64,000 bases of DNA from an uncultured Actinomycetota bacterium (GTDB lineage Bacteria; Actinomycetota; Actinomycetes; CAVWCF01), in the NCBI GenBank assembly GCA_963753435.1, contig CAVWCF010000005.1, positions 153,373 through 217,372 of the forward strand. Reading direction: 5' to 3'. The notes beneath the pieces were generated by a model that was given only the letters and a program-made list of their open reading frames with translations, was not told the DNA's origin and did not search any database. Position numbers and translations under genes: made by a program. Of this stretch, positions 38,467-46,479 are shown piece after piece (position 1 is the first letter of the stretch; every line of letters starts with the position of its first letter).

Positions 38467-39315
38467 TCAGGTGAGAGCGAGGTCCACCGTCAGACCGCAG
38501 TGGTCAGACACCGGCAACTGCATCGAGCGCACCTTGCGGACTTGCGCGAGCGCGAGGCCTTCGGCCAAGACGTGATCGAACTGGATGCGGGCCCGCCAGG
38601 AAGGGTAGGTCGGCGTCCGGGCCAACTGGTTGAAGCCGGTCAGCCACGCAGGCACCGCTCCCGGGAGGTTGAAGTCGCCCAGCAGCACCAGCGGTCTGGG
38701 CCAACCGGCCAGCCAACGACGGGCGGCGCGTAGTTGGCGGGCGTTGACCACCGGCACGAACGACAAGTGAGCCGTCGCCACCGTCATCGGGCCGACTTCG
38801 GTGGACACGACCGCAGCCAGCACCGAACGCGGCTCGTCGGGCACTCGCACAACCTGCGGCTTCGGTTCTGCGGGCACCAGCAGCGGCAGACGCCCCTTGG
38901 CCGGCGGGAACCGGAGCACGTCCCACCTGAGGACCGGCAGCCGACTCGCCAGGCCGATTCCGTAGCTGGGGCGACCAGGCTCGCTCGCCAACTCCGAGCC
39001 GTCGCCGTCGGCGGCCACCCAGTCGAAACCTGGCGTCCCGTGCAGCGCGGGGAGGAAGCGGTGATGCGGCGCCGCCATCGCTTCGGCCACAAGGGCGGTC
39101 TGATCCACGTTGCCAGAACGCGGCTGATGGCGATCCACCTCCTGCAGCCCTAGGACGTCGGCGTCCAAAGCGGTCGCCGCCTGGCGCAGGTCGTCGACGT
39201 TCGTGCTTCCGTCGCGCAGCGACCGGCCATGCAGCAGATTGAAGGTGCCCACCCGAATTACCGCGCCGGGGGAGGCAACACCTGCCGCAGGCTCGCCCGG
39301 GTCGCCAACACTCAC
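38467..39315 (-). CDS. Endonuclease/exonuclease/phosphatase (EEP) family protein
   Basis: TFNL, LQEVD, HLSF, GDFN, FDHV, SDH motifs. Start is uncertain. Confidence 0.88.
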   Translation of the reverse strand: MSVGDPGEPAAGVASPGAVIRVGTFNLLHGRSLRDGSTNVDDLRQAATALDADVLGLQEVDRHQPRSGNVDQTALVAEAMAAPHHRFLPALHGTPGFDWVAADGDGSELASEPGRPSYGIGLASRLPVLRWDVLRFPPAKGRLPLLVPAEPKPQVVRVPDEPRSVLAAVVSTEVGPMTVATAHLSFVPVVNARQLRAARRWLAGWPRPLVLLGDFNLPGAVPAWLTGFNQLARTPTYPSWRARIQFDHVLAEGLALAQVRKVRSMQLPVSDHCGLTVDLALT

Positions 39316-39425
39316 GGGATGATCCTCGCGCATTTGTTCCCCCACGCAGAATTGACCGTCCCACAATCGCTCTGGCCGGTCGACGCCGTCCCCGGGCATG
39401 CAGCGTTGCTCAATACAGTCAGCAG

Positions 39426-40307
39426 GTGACTGGGGACCTGATGCCGCTGGGACAGCCGGTCCACGACCGGCTCAATCAGCACCGCAGCGACGAGGACTGG
39501 TTGCGTCGCGCCTGGGACCGCCCGGACACGCTCGTCCTGCCGCTGCGTTCGGGCGAGGTTTGGGTGCACGACTCGACCGATGCGCTGTGCTGGCTTGCGC
39601 CAGCGGACATCCCCGCCGGCGCCGAGCGGCTGCTGCTCGGGGCGGTCTCATCGGGCACGTTGCGCTTCGCGGCGCTGGTCGACGACGAGTTCAGTCTGTC
39701 GCAGGCCCACCCCGTCGGCCTACGGGCGCTTGGGGAGACCCTGGTAGCCGCCGACGCTGGCCTGCTGCTGCATGCGTTGGCGCTGAGTAACTGGCACGAA
39801 CAGCACCAACGTTGTCCACGATGTGGTGGGCCGACAATCGCCGCACTAGGTGGCCACGTGCGTCGTTGCGGTGACGGCTCAGAGCATTACCCGAGAACTG
39901 ACCCAGCGGTAATCGCCTTGGTTCTTGACGGTGACGATCGGGCGCTCCTGGGACACCAGGCGCGTTGGCCGGACCGCTGGTTTTCCACGTTGGCTGGCTT
40001 CGTCGAAGCGGGTGAATCCGCCGAACAGGCGCTGGTCCGGGAGATCGAAGAGGAAGTGGGCATCCGCATCGACTCGGCGAAGTACCTCGGCAGCCAACCG
40101 TGGCCCTTTCCCTCTTCGCTGATGCTCGGCTACACCGCGGCGGTGGCTGGCACGGGCCTGAAGCCGCAACCGGACGGGCTGGAGATCGTCGAAGCCCGTT
40201 GGTTCAGCCGTGCCGAGTTGCGCGCGGAAGCGGAAGCAGGTCTGGTGCGCCTACCTCCGGGGCTGTCCATTGCCCGCAGACTCATCAACGGTTGGCTGGA
40301 CGGTTGA
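39426..40307 (+). CDS. nudC: NAD(+) diphosphatase
   Basis: CPRCG, YPRTDPAVI, Nudix box AGFVEAGES...REIEEE, SQPWPFPSSLM. Confidence 0.95.
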   Translation: MTGDLMPLGQPVHDRLNQHRSDEDWLRRAWDRPDTLVLPLRSGEVWVHDSTDALCWLAPADIPAGAERLLLGAVSSGTLRFAALVDDEFSLSQAHPVGLRALGETLVAADAGLLLHALALSNWHEQHQRCPRCGGPTIAALGGHVRRCGDGSEHYPRTDPAVIALVLDGDDRALLGHQARWPDRWFSTLAGFVEAGESAEQALVREIEEEVGIRIDSAKYLGSQPWPFPSSLMLGYTAAVAGTGLKPQPDGLEIVEARWFSRAELRAEAEAGLVRLPPGLSIARRLINGWLDG

Positions 40308-40318
40308 GTCGCGACCGT

Positions 40319-40552
40319 TCAGGCGGCCAGGCGGCTCTGCACCTCGGCCAGGGACGGGTTCGTCACCGCGGACCCGTCGGGGAAGACCACCGTCGGGACG
40401 GTCTGGTTGCCGCCGTTGACGCTCATTACATAGTCGGCCGCGCTCGGATCGGCCTCGATGTCTATCTCGACGAAAGGGATCCCCGCGCGCTGCAACTGGG
40501 CCTTCAGCCGCACGCAGTAGCCGCACCAGGGGGTCGTGTACATCTGGATCAT
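40319..40552 (-). CDS. mrx1: Mycoredoxin (glutaredoxin-like)
   Basis: MYTTPWCGYC, NGGNQTVPTV, TNPS. Located between nudC and uvrD2. Confidence 0.9.
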   Translation of the reverse strand: MIQMYTTPWCGYCVRLKAQLQRAGIPFVEIDIEADPSAADYVMSVNGGNQTVPTVVFPDGSAVTNPSLAEVQSRLAA

Positions 40553-40662
40553 CTGGGTCCTCCGCGCGGGACGGTACGTGGCAGACACGCCGTTCGCACG
40601 TTGGCGCCGGCTGGGGCCGAGCAGCAGGGAATCGGTGCATGCTGGGCTGACAGGATCCGCGG

Positions 40663-42348
40663 GTGACGCCTGACGAAGTGTTGGCCACCCTGGACCCGGA
40701 CCAGCGGGCGGTGGCGACCGCGCCATCGGGACCGGTGGCGGCGCTGGCCGGGGCGGGTTCGGGAAAGACCCGCGCGTTGACGCACCGGATCGCGTACCAG
40801 GTGCTGTCCGGTCAGGTGCGCGCAGATCGGGTGCTCCCCGTGGCGTTCACCACGCGTGCCGCCGGCGAGATGGCCGCCCGGTTGCGCGGGCTCGGGGTCG
40901 CCGAGGCGCGGCCGCGCACCTTCCACGCCGCGGCCCTGGCTCAGGTGCGCTTCTTCTGGCCGCTGGTGGCCGGTGGCCAGCCGCCGCGGCTGCTGCCACG
41001 TAAGCGCGATCGCTTGGCGGAAGCCGCTCGCACCGCCGGGTTCAGCCCCACCGGCGCGGACCTGTCCGCGCTGGGGTCGGCAATCGAACGCGCCAAGGTG
41101 ATGCAGGTCGCGGCCGAGGACTACCCGGCCGTCATGGCACCGGCCGAGCCAGGGGACGCGACAGCGGACCGGCAGTGGTCATCGACGGAGGTGGCCGCGG
41201 TGTACGCCGCCTACGAAGCGGCCAAGGAAGCCGCTGGCGAGATGGACTTCGAGGACTGCTTGCTGCTGGCGGTTGCTCTGCTGGAGGAAGACCAGCGCGC
41301 CGCCGAGCGCGTGCGCGAGTCGTATCGGAGTTTCGTCGTAGACGAGTACCAGGACGTCAACCCGTTGCAGCAGCGCTTGCTGGAGGTATGGCTCGGTGAT
41401 CGCGACGACCTGTGCGTCGTGGGGGACGCGGCGCAGAGCATCTACTCCTTCACCGGCGCCACCCCGCAATTCCTACTTGCGTTTAGGCAGCGGTATCCGA
41501 ATGCGACCGTGCTCAAGTTGGAACGCGACTACCGCTCCACCCCGCAGATCGTGCGGTCGGCGAACCGGTTGTTGCGCGGTTCGACCGTGCTCACACTGCG
41601 GTCGGAGCGTGCCGCAGGACCCGAGGTTGCGTTTGTCGAGTACGAGGACGAGGCCGCGGAATTGGCGGGGATCGCCGAACAGCTCGCGGACAGATCGGGC
41701 GCCACTGCGGCTGAGACGGCCGGGGCGGCGGTCCTGTTGCGCACCAACGCGCAGGTGGACCGAGCGGTTGAGGCGCTACTGAGTCGAGGCATTGCGGTGG
41801 CCCCGAGCGGAACAGAACGTTGGTTCAACCGACCGGAGATTCGTCGGGCGCTTATCCGGCTGCGCGGGCTGCGGCTGACGCAGCCGGATTTGGCTGCCGC
41901 TGCCGCCGCCCTGGAGGCGCTGCTCGCTGACGGCTACAGCGAGCAGCGGCCGCAGGGGTCTGGGCTGGAGGTTTGGTCGGTGCGGACCGCATTGCTGCGC
42001 CTGGCCGACGGGCTTGGACCCGATGCTGGGGTCGATGACCTGATAACCGAGTTGGAGTACCGCGACGAGCAGGACGCACCGCCGCCGGCCGAGGGCGTGG
42101 CCGTGTTGACGCTGCACGCGGCGAAGGGGCTTGAGTGGGAGAAGGTCTACTTGCCCTCGCTGGTTGACGGCGTGATGCCTGCCGCCCAGGCCAAGACGCC
42201 CGAAGCGGTGGCGGAGGAACGGCGACTCCTCTACGTCGGGATCACCCGGGCGCGCACCCAACTGCAGCTGTCCTGGTGGACCCGTCGAGGACCCGGGGCC
42301 CCTGATCGACAGCGCTCTGGTTTCCTCGCCGACCTGCTGACTGACTGA
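40663..42348 (+). CDS. uvrD2: UvrD2-type ATP-dependent DNA helicase lacking C-terminal tetracysteine/HRDC region
   Basis: AGAGSGKT, RTFHAAA, VDEYQD, YRSTPQI, HAAKGLEW, EERRLLYVGITRAR. Ends at 561 aa just after the RxxSxFL motif. Confidence 0.88.
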   Translation: MTPDEVLATLDPDQRAVATAPSGPVAALAGAGSGKTRALTHRIAYQVLSGQVRADRVLPVAFTTRAAGEMAARLRGLGVAEARPRTFHAAALAQVRFFWPLVAGGQPPRLLPRKRDRLAEAARTAGFSPTGADLSALGSAIERAKVMQVAAEDYPAVMAPAEPGDATADRQWSSTEVAAVYAAYEAAKEAAGEMDFEDCLLLAVALLEEDQRAAERVRESYRSFVVDEYQDVNPLQQRLLEVWLGDRDDLCVVGDAAQSIYSFTGATPQFLLAFRQRYPNATVLKLERDYRSTPQIVRSANRLLRGSTVLTLRSERAAGPEVAFVEYEDEAAELAGIAEQLADRSGATAAETAGAAVLLRTNAQVDRAVEALLSRGIAVAPSGTERWFNRPEIRRALIRLRGLRLTQPDLAAAAAALEALLADGYSEQRPQGSGLEVWSVRTALLRLADGLGPDAGVDDLITELEYRDEQDAPPPAEGVAVLTLHAAKGLEWEKVYLPSLVDGVMPAAQAKTPEAVAEERRLLYVGITRARTQLQLSWWTRRGPGAPDRQRSGFLADLLTD

Positions 42349-42448
42349 CGCAACGCCGCAGCCTGGCCACCCTTGCGAGCACACTCGGCGCGCCGTCTCG
42401 ACTCCGCGCGCCCGCGGCCTACCTTGGGCCCGTCGAGAGGAGCCGACC

Positions 42449-42604
42449 GTGGCGACCTGCGCCTGGTGTGGCACGTCAGAACCAACAGCCCCGATTACGT
42501 GGACCTTGACCCGGGAGCGGGGTCGGCATCAGTACCTTTGCGATCGCTGCAGCCGGGATCAGCTACGCGACATCGAAGCGCGGTTGGACGCCCTTTCCGG
42601 ATAG
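42449..42604 (+). CDS. 51-aa CxxC-x23-CxxC mini-protein (resembles the Rv3196A-type family)
   Basis: Not in the ORF track. GAGAGGAG RBS, then GTG: MATCAWCGTSEPTAPITWTLTRERGRHQYLCDRCSRDQLRDIEARLDALSG*. Confidence 0.8.
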   Translation: MATCAWCGTSEPTAPITWTLTRERGRHQYLCDRCSRDQLRDIEARLDALSG

Positions 42605-42626
42605 GTCAGCGCGCGGCTGGTGACGC

Positions 42627-43937
42627 TCAGGCGGTGAACCCGGGCACCCAATCCTCCATCTCCTGTCGGATGGGGATACGCGCGCCAAGTTGGCACAGCA
42701 CCGCGACGCCGCCCAGCCAGACGCGATGGATCAGCAGGTAGTCGGCGGGCAAGTTGAGTTTGAAGCCGACGCTGTAGCCGTCCGACCGCGGGTCACTGAT
42801 CCGGGCGAACTGTCCCCGCATCCATTCGCGGCTGAACTGAAACGTTTCGGATCGCGCAGGTTCGACGAACGGGCCGAGGTACTGCATCAGGACTTCCGGG
42901 TCCACCTTCACCCCGGCCTTGATGAAGCCTTCCTCGGCCAGTCCGGCTTGCACCGCCTCGGCATCCCCGACCAGCGCCAGACTCAGCAGGCGACCCAGAG
43001 CGGGAGGCAGCCCGTCGGGCAGTCGGTTGACCGCTCCGAAGTCCAGGACGCCCAGCGCCCCATCACTGGTCAGCCGGTAGTTGCCCGGGTGCGGGTCGGC
43101 ATGAAGCAGCCCGGCTACCGACGGCCCGGAGAAGAGGAACCGCAGGTACAGCAGTCCCGCGGTGTCCCGATCCTCCTGGGTTCCTTCGCGGATGATCGTG
43201 CTCAACGGCGTGCCCGCCAACCACCGCGAGATCAGGACGCGCGACGTCACCGCGAGCGGTTCGGGAATGCGCACGTCGGCACTGTCGGCGTAGCCGGCGG
43301 CGAAGTCGGCCTGGTTGCCGGCTTCGAGTGTGTAGTCGAGTTCCTCGAGCATTCGTTCCTTGACCTCGGCCACCAGTGGCTTGATGTCCAGGCCGGGGAC
43401 CAGGGAGCCGAACGTGCGCCCGAGTCGGGAGACCTGTGCCAGGTCGGCCAGCAGCGCGTCGGCCGCACCCGGGTACTGGATCTTGACGGCGACTTCGCTG
43501 CCGTCCTTCCAAGTCGCGCGGTGCACTTGACCCAACGACGCCGCAGCCGCCGGTACGTCGTCGAAAGCGGCGAACTGGTCACGCCAGTCGGCCCCCAACT
43601 CGCGCTGCAGCACCGCGTGTACCTGCTCGGCGGGTAGCGCCGGCGCCGCCTCCTGGAGTTTGGTCAACGTGGCCCGGTACGGACCTGCCAGTTCTTCCGG
43701 GAACGCCGCCTCCAGGACGGAAAGGGCCTGACCGACTTTCATCGCGCCGCCCTTGAGCTCGCCGAGGACGCTGAACAACTGCTCGGCGGTGCGGGCCTTG
43801 ATCTCCTCAGCGACCGCCTCCGCCGGACGGCCGCCCAGTCGCTTGCCGACCCCTAGCGCGGTACGTCCGGCAATGCCCAGCGGCAGCGTGGCCAGCCGGG
43901 CCGTCCGCTGCACTGCCCGGCGCGGGACGTCGCTCAC
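42627..43937 (-). CDS. ABC1/AarF/UbiB family atypical kinase
   Basis: KGGAMKVGQ, AAASLGQVH, VAVKIQYPG, EELDY, HADPHPGN, LDFG. Confidence 0.93.
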   Translation of the reverse strand: MSDVPRRAVQRTARLATLPLGIAGRTALGVGKRLGGRPAEAVAEEIKARTAEQLFSVLGELKGGAMKVGQALSVLEAAFPEELAGPYRATLTKLQEAAPALPAEQVHAVLQRELGADWRDQFAAFDDVPAAAASLGQVHRATWKDGSEVAVKIQYPGAADALLADLAQVSRLGRTFGSLVPGLDIKPLVAEVKERMLEELDYTLEAGNQADFAAGYADSADVRIPEPLAVTSRVLISRWLAGTPLSTIIREGTQEDRDTAGLLYLRFLFSGPSVAGLLHADPHPGNYRLTSDGALGVLDFGAVNRLPDGLPPALGRLLSLALVGDAEAVQAGLAEEGFIKAGVKVDPEVLMQYLGPFVEPARSETFQFSREWMRGQFARISDPRSDGYSVGFKLNLPADYLLIHRVWLGGVAVLCQLGARIPIRQEMEDWVPGFTA

Positions 43938-43973
43938 CCGGTCATTGTCACAGTCCTGCCCGCCAAATGCGCA

Positions 43974-45062
43974 TCAGGCGGCGGGCTGCATGTACCAGGA
44001 ACAGCCGCACATCGGGTGTTGGTTCAACCGTCGGCGGACCGGGTCGTCCGTGGCGTTCAGCAGCCAGGCCACCTCGGCGGGCCGGATCAGGCCGGGCGCG
44101 TCGAGGTGCGCCAGCGCGGCTGCTGCTGCCAGGCCTGCGGCGATCGCCACTGCTGCCCCGGCCACGGCGTTGCAGGAGGTGTAGGCCAGTTGGGTGGTCA
44201 ACGTCGGCCACGCGGGGTCGTCGTCGGTACGACTGTGGGCCCAGCAGTACAGGCACGCGGTCCTTGTTGGTACGACCAGGGGCCCAACCTGCAGGTGATG
44301 GGCGCGGGCGGCCAGGACCAGGTGTGGTGTTCCGGTGCGCATCAAGGCGTCCACCGTGGCCGGATCCAGGTCGGACCCGTCCGCCAGGACCACGAGGTCC
44401 CGGTCGCCTTCGGGCCCAAGTAGCCGCACGTCGGCGCCGGCCGCCATCGCGGTTTCGGCTGCGGTCCTCCCGCGCGCGTCGCCGGTGGCTTGGATCGCGC
44501 CCGGGAAGACATCGGCATCGGTTGCCTCGTCGGCGTCGACCACTCGCAAGCGCCCGATCCCGGCTGCCGCCAGCAGTGATGCCAGCAGGGCCGCCCACCG
44601 CATGCCACCGCGAATCTCGACTGCGCTGCGACGCCGACGCGCAAGGATCTTGCTTGCGCTTGCTGCGCCGGACTGTGCGACGAGCCAGTCTCGCTCCGCG
44701 CCAAGCGCGGCATGCGCTGCCGGCGATAGCACCTTCAGGTCGTCAGGATCGGAGTGCGACTTGTCCAGTACGCCGGCGCCTAGCAGTTCCTCGAACAGCT
44801 GCTGCGCTTTCGCCGGATCCGGTGCGGCCGCGCCCCCAGCCGGATCTGCGTCCGCTATCAACAGGTCGTGCGCGGAAGCATTCGGCACGATCCAAGTCGG
44901 ACCAGGGAAGAGACCTACCTGTAGGCCGCCGTCGGGTCGGGTGAGCAGCGGTTGGCGGATGCGGCGGACTCGCAAGGGCACCTCCGTCGTGACGGGCAAG
45001 GCTGGGACAGCGGCGGACTCAACCATCCCTAGGCGTGGCGAGTCGGGTTCGTCCACAAGCAC
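43974..45062 (-). CDS. ThiF-like / TOMM leader-binding-like protein (Rv3196-type)
   Basis: LQVG, LAAAGIG, PHL, VGPLVVP..TACLYC, D.DPAWP, HPMCGC. Start is uncertain (45026 or later is possible). Confidence 0.75.
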   Translation of the reverse strand: MLVDEPDSPRLGMVESAAVPALPVTTEVPLRVRRIRQPLLTRPDGGLQVGLFPGPTWIVPNASAHDLLIADADPAGGAAAPDPAKAQQLFEELLGAGVLDKSHSDPDDLKVLSPAAHAALGAERDWLVAQSGAASASKILARRRRSAVEIRGGMRWAALLASLLAAAGIGRLRVVDADEATDADVFPGAIQATGDARGRTAAETAMAAGADVRLLGPEGDRDLVVLADGSDLDPATVDALMRTGTPHLVLAARAHHLQVGPLVVPTRTACLYCWAHSRTDDDPAWPTLTTQLAYTSCNAVAGAAVAIAAGLAAAAALAHLDAPGLIRPAEVAWLLNATDDPVRRRLNQHPMCGCSWYMQPAA

Positions 45063-45082
45063 AGCCGGCGCGGCTGAACATG

Positions 45083-45116
45083 CGAAAAGGGCGACCCCGA
45101 AGGGTCGCCCTTTTCG
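45083..45116. terminator. Intrinsic terminator (bidirectional-type) downstream of the DUF5679 gene
   Basis: CGAAAAGGGCGACCC-CGAA-GGGTCGCCCTTTTCG, a perfect 15-bp inverted repeat with A/T tracts. Confidence 0.88.
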
Positions 45117-45133
45117 AATGGGTCAGTGCAGGC

Positions 45134-45292
45134 TCAGGCCTTGCCGAGGATCCGGTTCAGCTTGGTGCCGCAGACCGGGCAGATGCCCTTGGCCATGCGG
45201 CGGCCGGAGTCGCTCACCTCAACGTGGCCGGTGAACTCGCGCTTCTCCTTGCACTTCACGCAGTAGGCCTCGCCCGTGTACTCCTCGGCCAT
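45134..45292 (-). CDS. DUF5679-type 52-aa zinc-ribbon protein
   Basis: Not in the ORF track. GAAGGAGGAG RBS; MAEEYTGEAYCVKCKEKREFTGHVEVSDSGRRMAKGICPVCGTKLNRILGKA*. Has its own TAGGCT -10 box at 45344-45339. Confidence 0.9.
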   Translation of the reverse strand: MAEEYTGEAYCVKCKEKREFTGHVEVSDSGRRMAKGICPVCGTKLNRILGKA

Positions 45293-45454
45293 GCCCTCCT
45301 CCTTCGATCGCTCGGCGTGCTCCGCCGGATTGCGCGTCAGCCTAGGCCCTGCGGGGCTTGGATTCGCTGCATCGTCGTGGTCGTGTCGCGCGGAGCGTCA
45401 GACCTTTTGCCGGCGTTCGTCGTCGGTCATCGGTCTGAAAGTGGCCACCGGTCG

Positions 45455-45546
45455 GACGAAAGATACGAGGCCCCCGGCTGTCCCATCGGATCCGTCCGCC
45501 TTCCCCTTGCGAACGGCTCCGGTGGTAGGGCCGGGGGCCTCGGTGC
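45455..45546 (-). ncRNA. Candidate ~90-nt hairpin sRNA
   Basis: Perfect 13-bp closing stem (45466-45478 with 45530-45542), nested inner stems, AAGGGGAAG loop, pyrimidine-rich tail. Begins about 7 nt after a canonical promoter. Confidence 0.5.
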
Positions 45547-45551
45547 GCCGG

Positions 45552-45581
45552 ACGGTAGGCGGGTTAGGTGGGCGCGGTCAA
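45552..45581 (-). promoter_or_regulatory. Housekeeping-sigma-type promoter TTGACC-N18-TACCGT
   Basis: -35 at 45581-45576 and -10 at 45557-45552 on the minus strand. Confidence 0.6.
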
Positions 45582-45599
45582 CGGCATCTCGACTTGGCT

Positions 45600-45779
45600 T
45601 GTGGACAACCTGTGGATTCCCCTGGGGACCAGTCGGCGAGGCGTTGTGGACAACCTTCGAGAAGCCTGGGGAAACGCTGGGGAGTCGTCCCGGATTAGGC
45701 CGTTGACCTGCGGCAACGTCATCCACCGGGTGTGGACTCAAATGGTTACGGGAATCTGAACACCTGGCCAATATCCACT
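45600..45779. promoter_or_regulatory. Cluster of DnaA-box-like 9-mers
   Basis: Two exact TGTGGACAA (reverse complement of TTGTCCACA) at 45600 and 45645, plus degenerate copies at 45611, 45623, 45667, 45678, 45719, 45731 and 45771. Confidence 0.6.
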
Positions 45780-45830
45780 GCCCCCTTCTGGCTGCGGGGA
45801 GTTGTCGGCTGCTCCGCCTAGCCTGCTTTC

Positions 45831-46412
45831 GTGTCCGACCAGACTTCCGCAATAGATCGCCCGGTTCCCTTGGCCAACCCGCCCGTTGAGGTGCGGCGGT
45901 CCAAGCGCCGCAAGCGCACGGTCTCGGCTCACCGCGAAGGCGACACCATCGTGGTGAACATCCCGGCGCGCATGACCAAGGCCGAAGAGCGCGAGTGGAT
46001 CGGCCTGATGGTGGAACGGATCACCGCCTCCGAACGCCGCCGCCGGCCTTCGGATGAGCAACTCTTCGACCGGGCCATAGAGCTGTCTGAGCAGTACCTG
46101 GATGGCCAGGCACGGCCGCGATCGGTGCGTTGGGTCGACAACCAGCGGTCCCGCTGGGGCTCGGCGACGCCGGTTGACCGAACCATTCGGATCAGCAGCC
46201 GCTTGCGGGGAGCCCCTTCCTACGTCGTCGACTACGTGCTTCTGCACGAACTGGCCCATCTGCTGCGCGGTGACCACAGCAAGGAGTTCTGGTCGCTGCT
46301 GGCCGGGTATCCACAGTTGGAGCGGGCCAAGGGATTCCTCGAAGGAGTCGATGCTTCGGCCAACGGCGACCTGGCCGAAGTCGGCTCGGCTGCGACCGAC
46401 GACCAGGGGTAG
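45831..46412 (+). CDS. M48/YgjP (DUF45)-like zinc metallopeptidase domain protein
   Basis: VEVRRSKRRKRTVSA, RWGS, DYVLLHELAHL, H...FW. Confidence 0.88.
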   Translation: MSDQTSAIDRPVPLANPPVEVRRSKRRKRTVSAHREGDTIVVNIPARMTKAEEREWIGLMVERITASERRRRPSDEQLFDRAIELSEQYLDGQARPRSVRWVDNQRSRWGSATPVDRTIRISSRLRGAPSYVVDYVLLHELAHLLRGDHSKEFWSLLAGYPQLERAKGFLEGVDASANGDLAEVGSAATDDQG

Positions 46413-46479
46413 CCAGATCGACCGGCCCCGGCAGACTGCCGCCCCGAGCAGGTTGAGATAGACGCCGGGGCGGTGGCGG

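Noticed and set aside
45600-45779. Chromosomal oriC
   Set aside because: No dnaA/dnaN/rpmH context and no clear AT-rich unwinding element. Kept only as a non-origin box cluster.
42449-46412. RiPP/TOMM cluster (ThiF-like protein, small Cys peptides, peptidase, kinase)
   Set aside because: No YcaO or dehydrogenase. The small proteins have paired CxxC zinc-ribbon patterns rather than leader-core precursor architecture, and the block is conserved housekeeping synteny.
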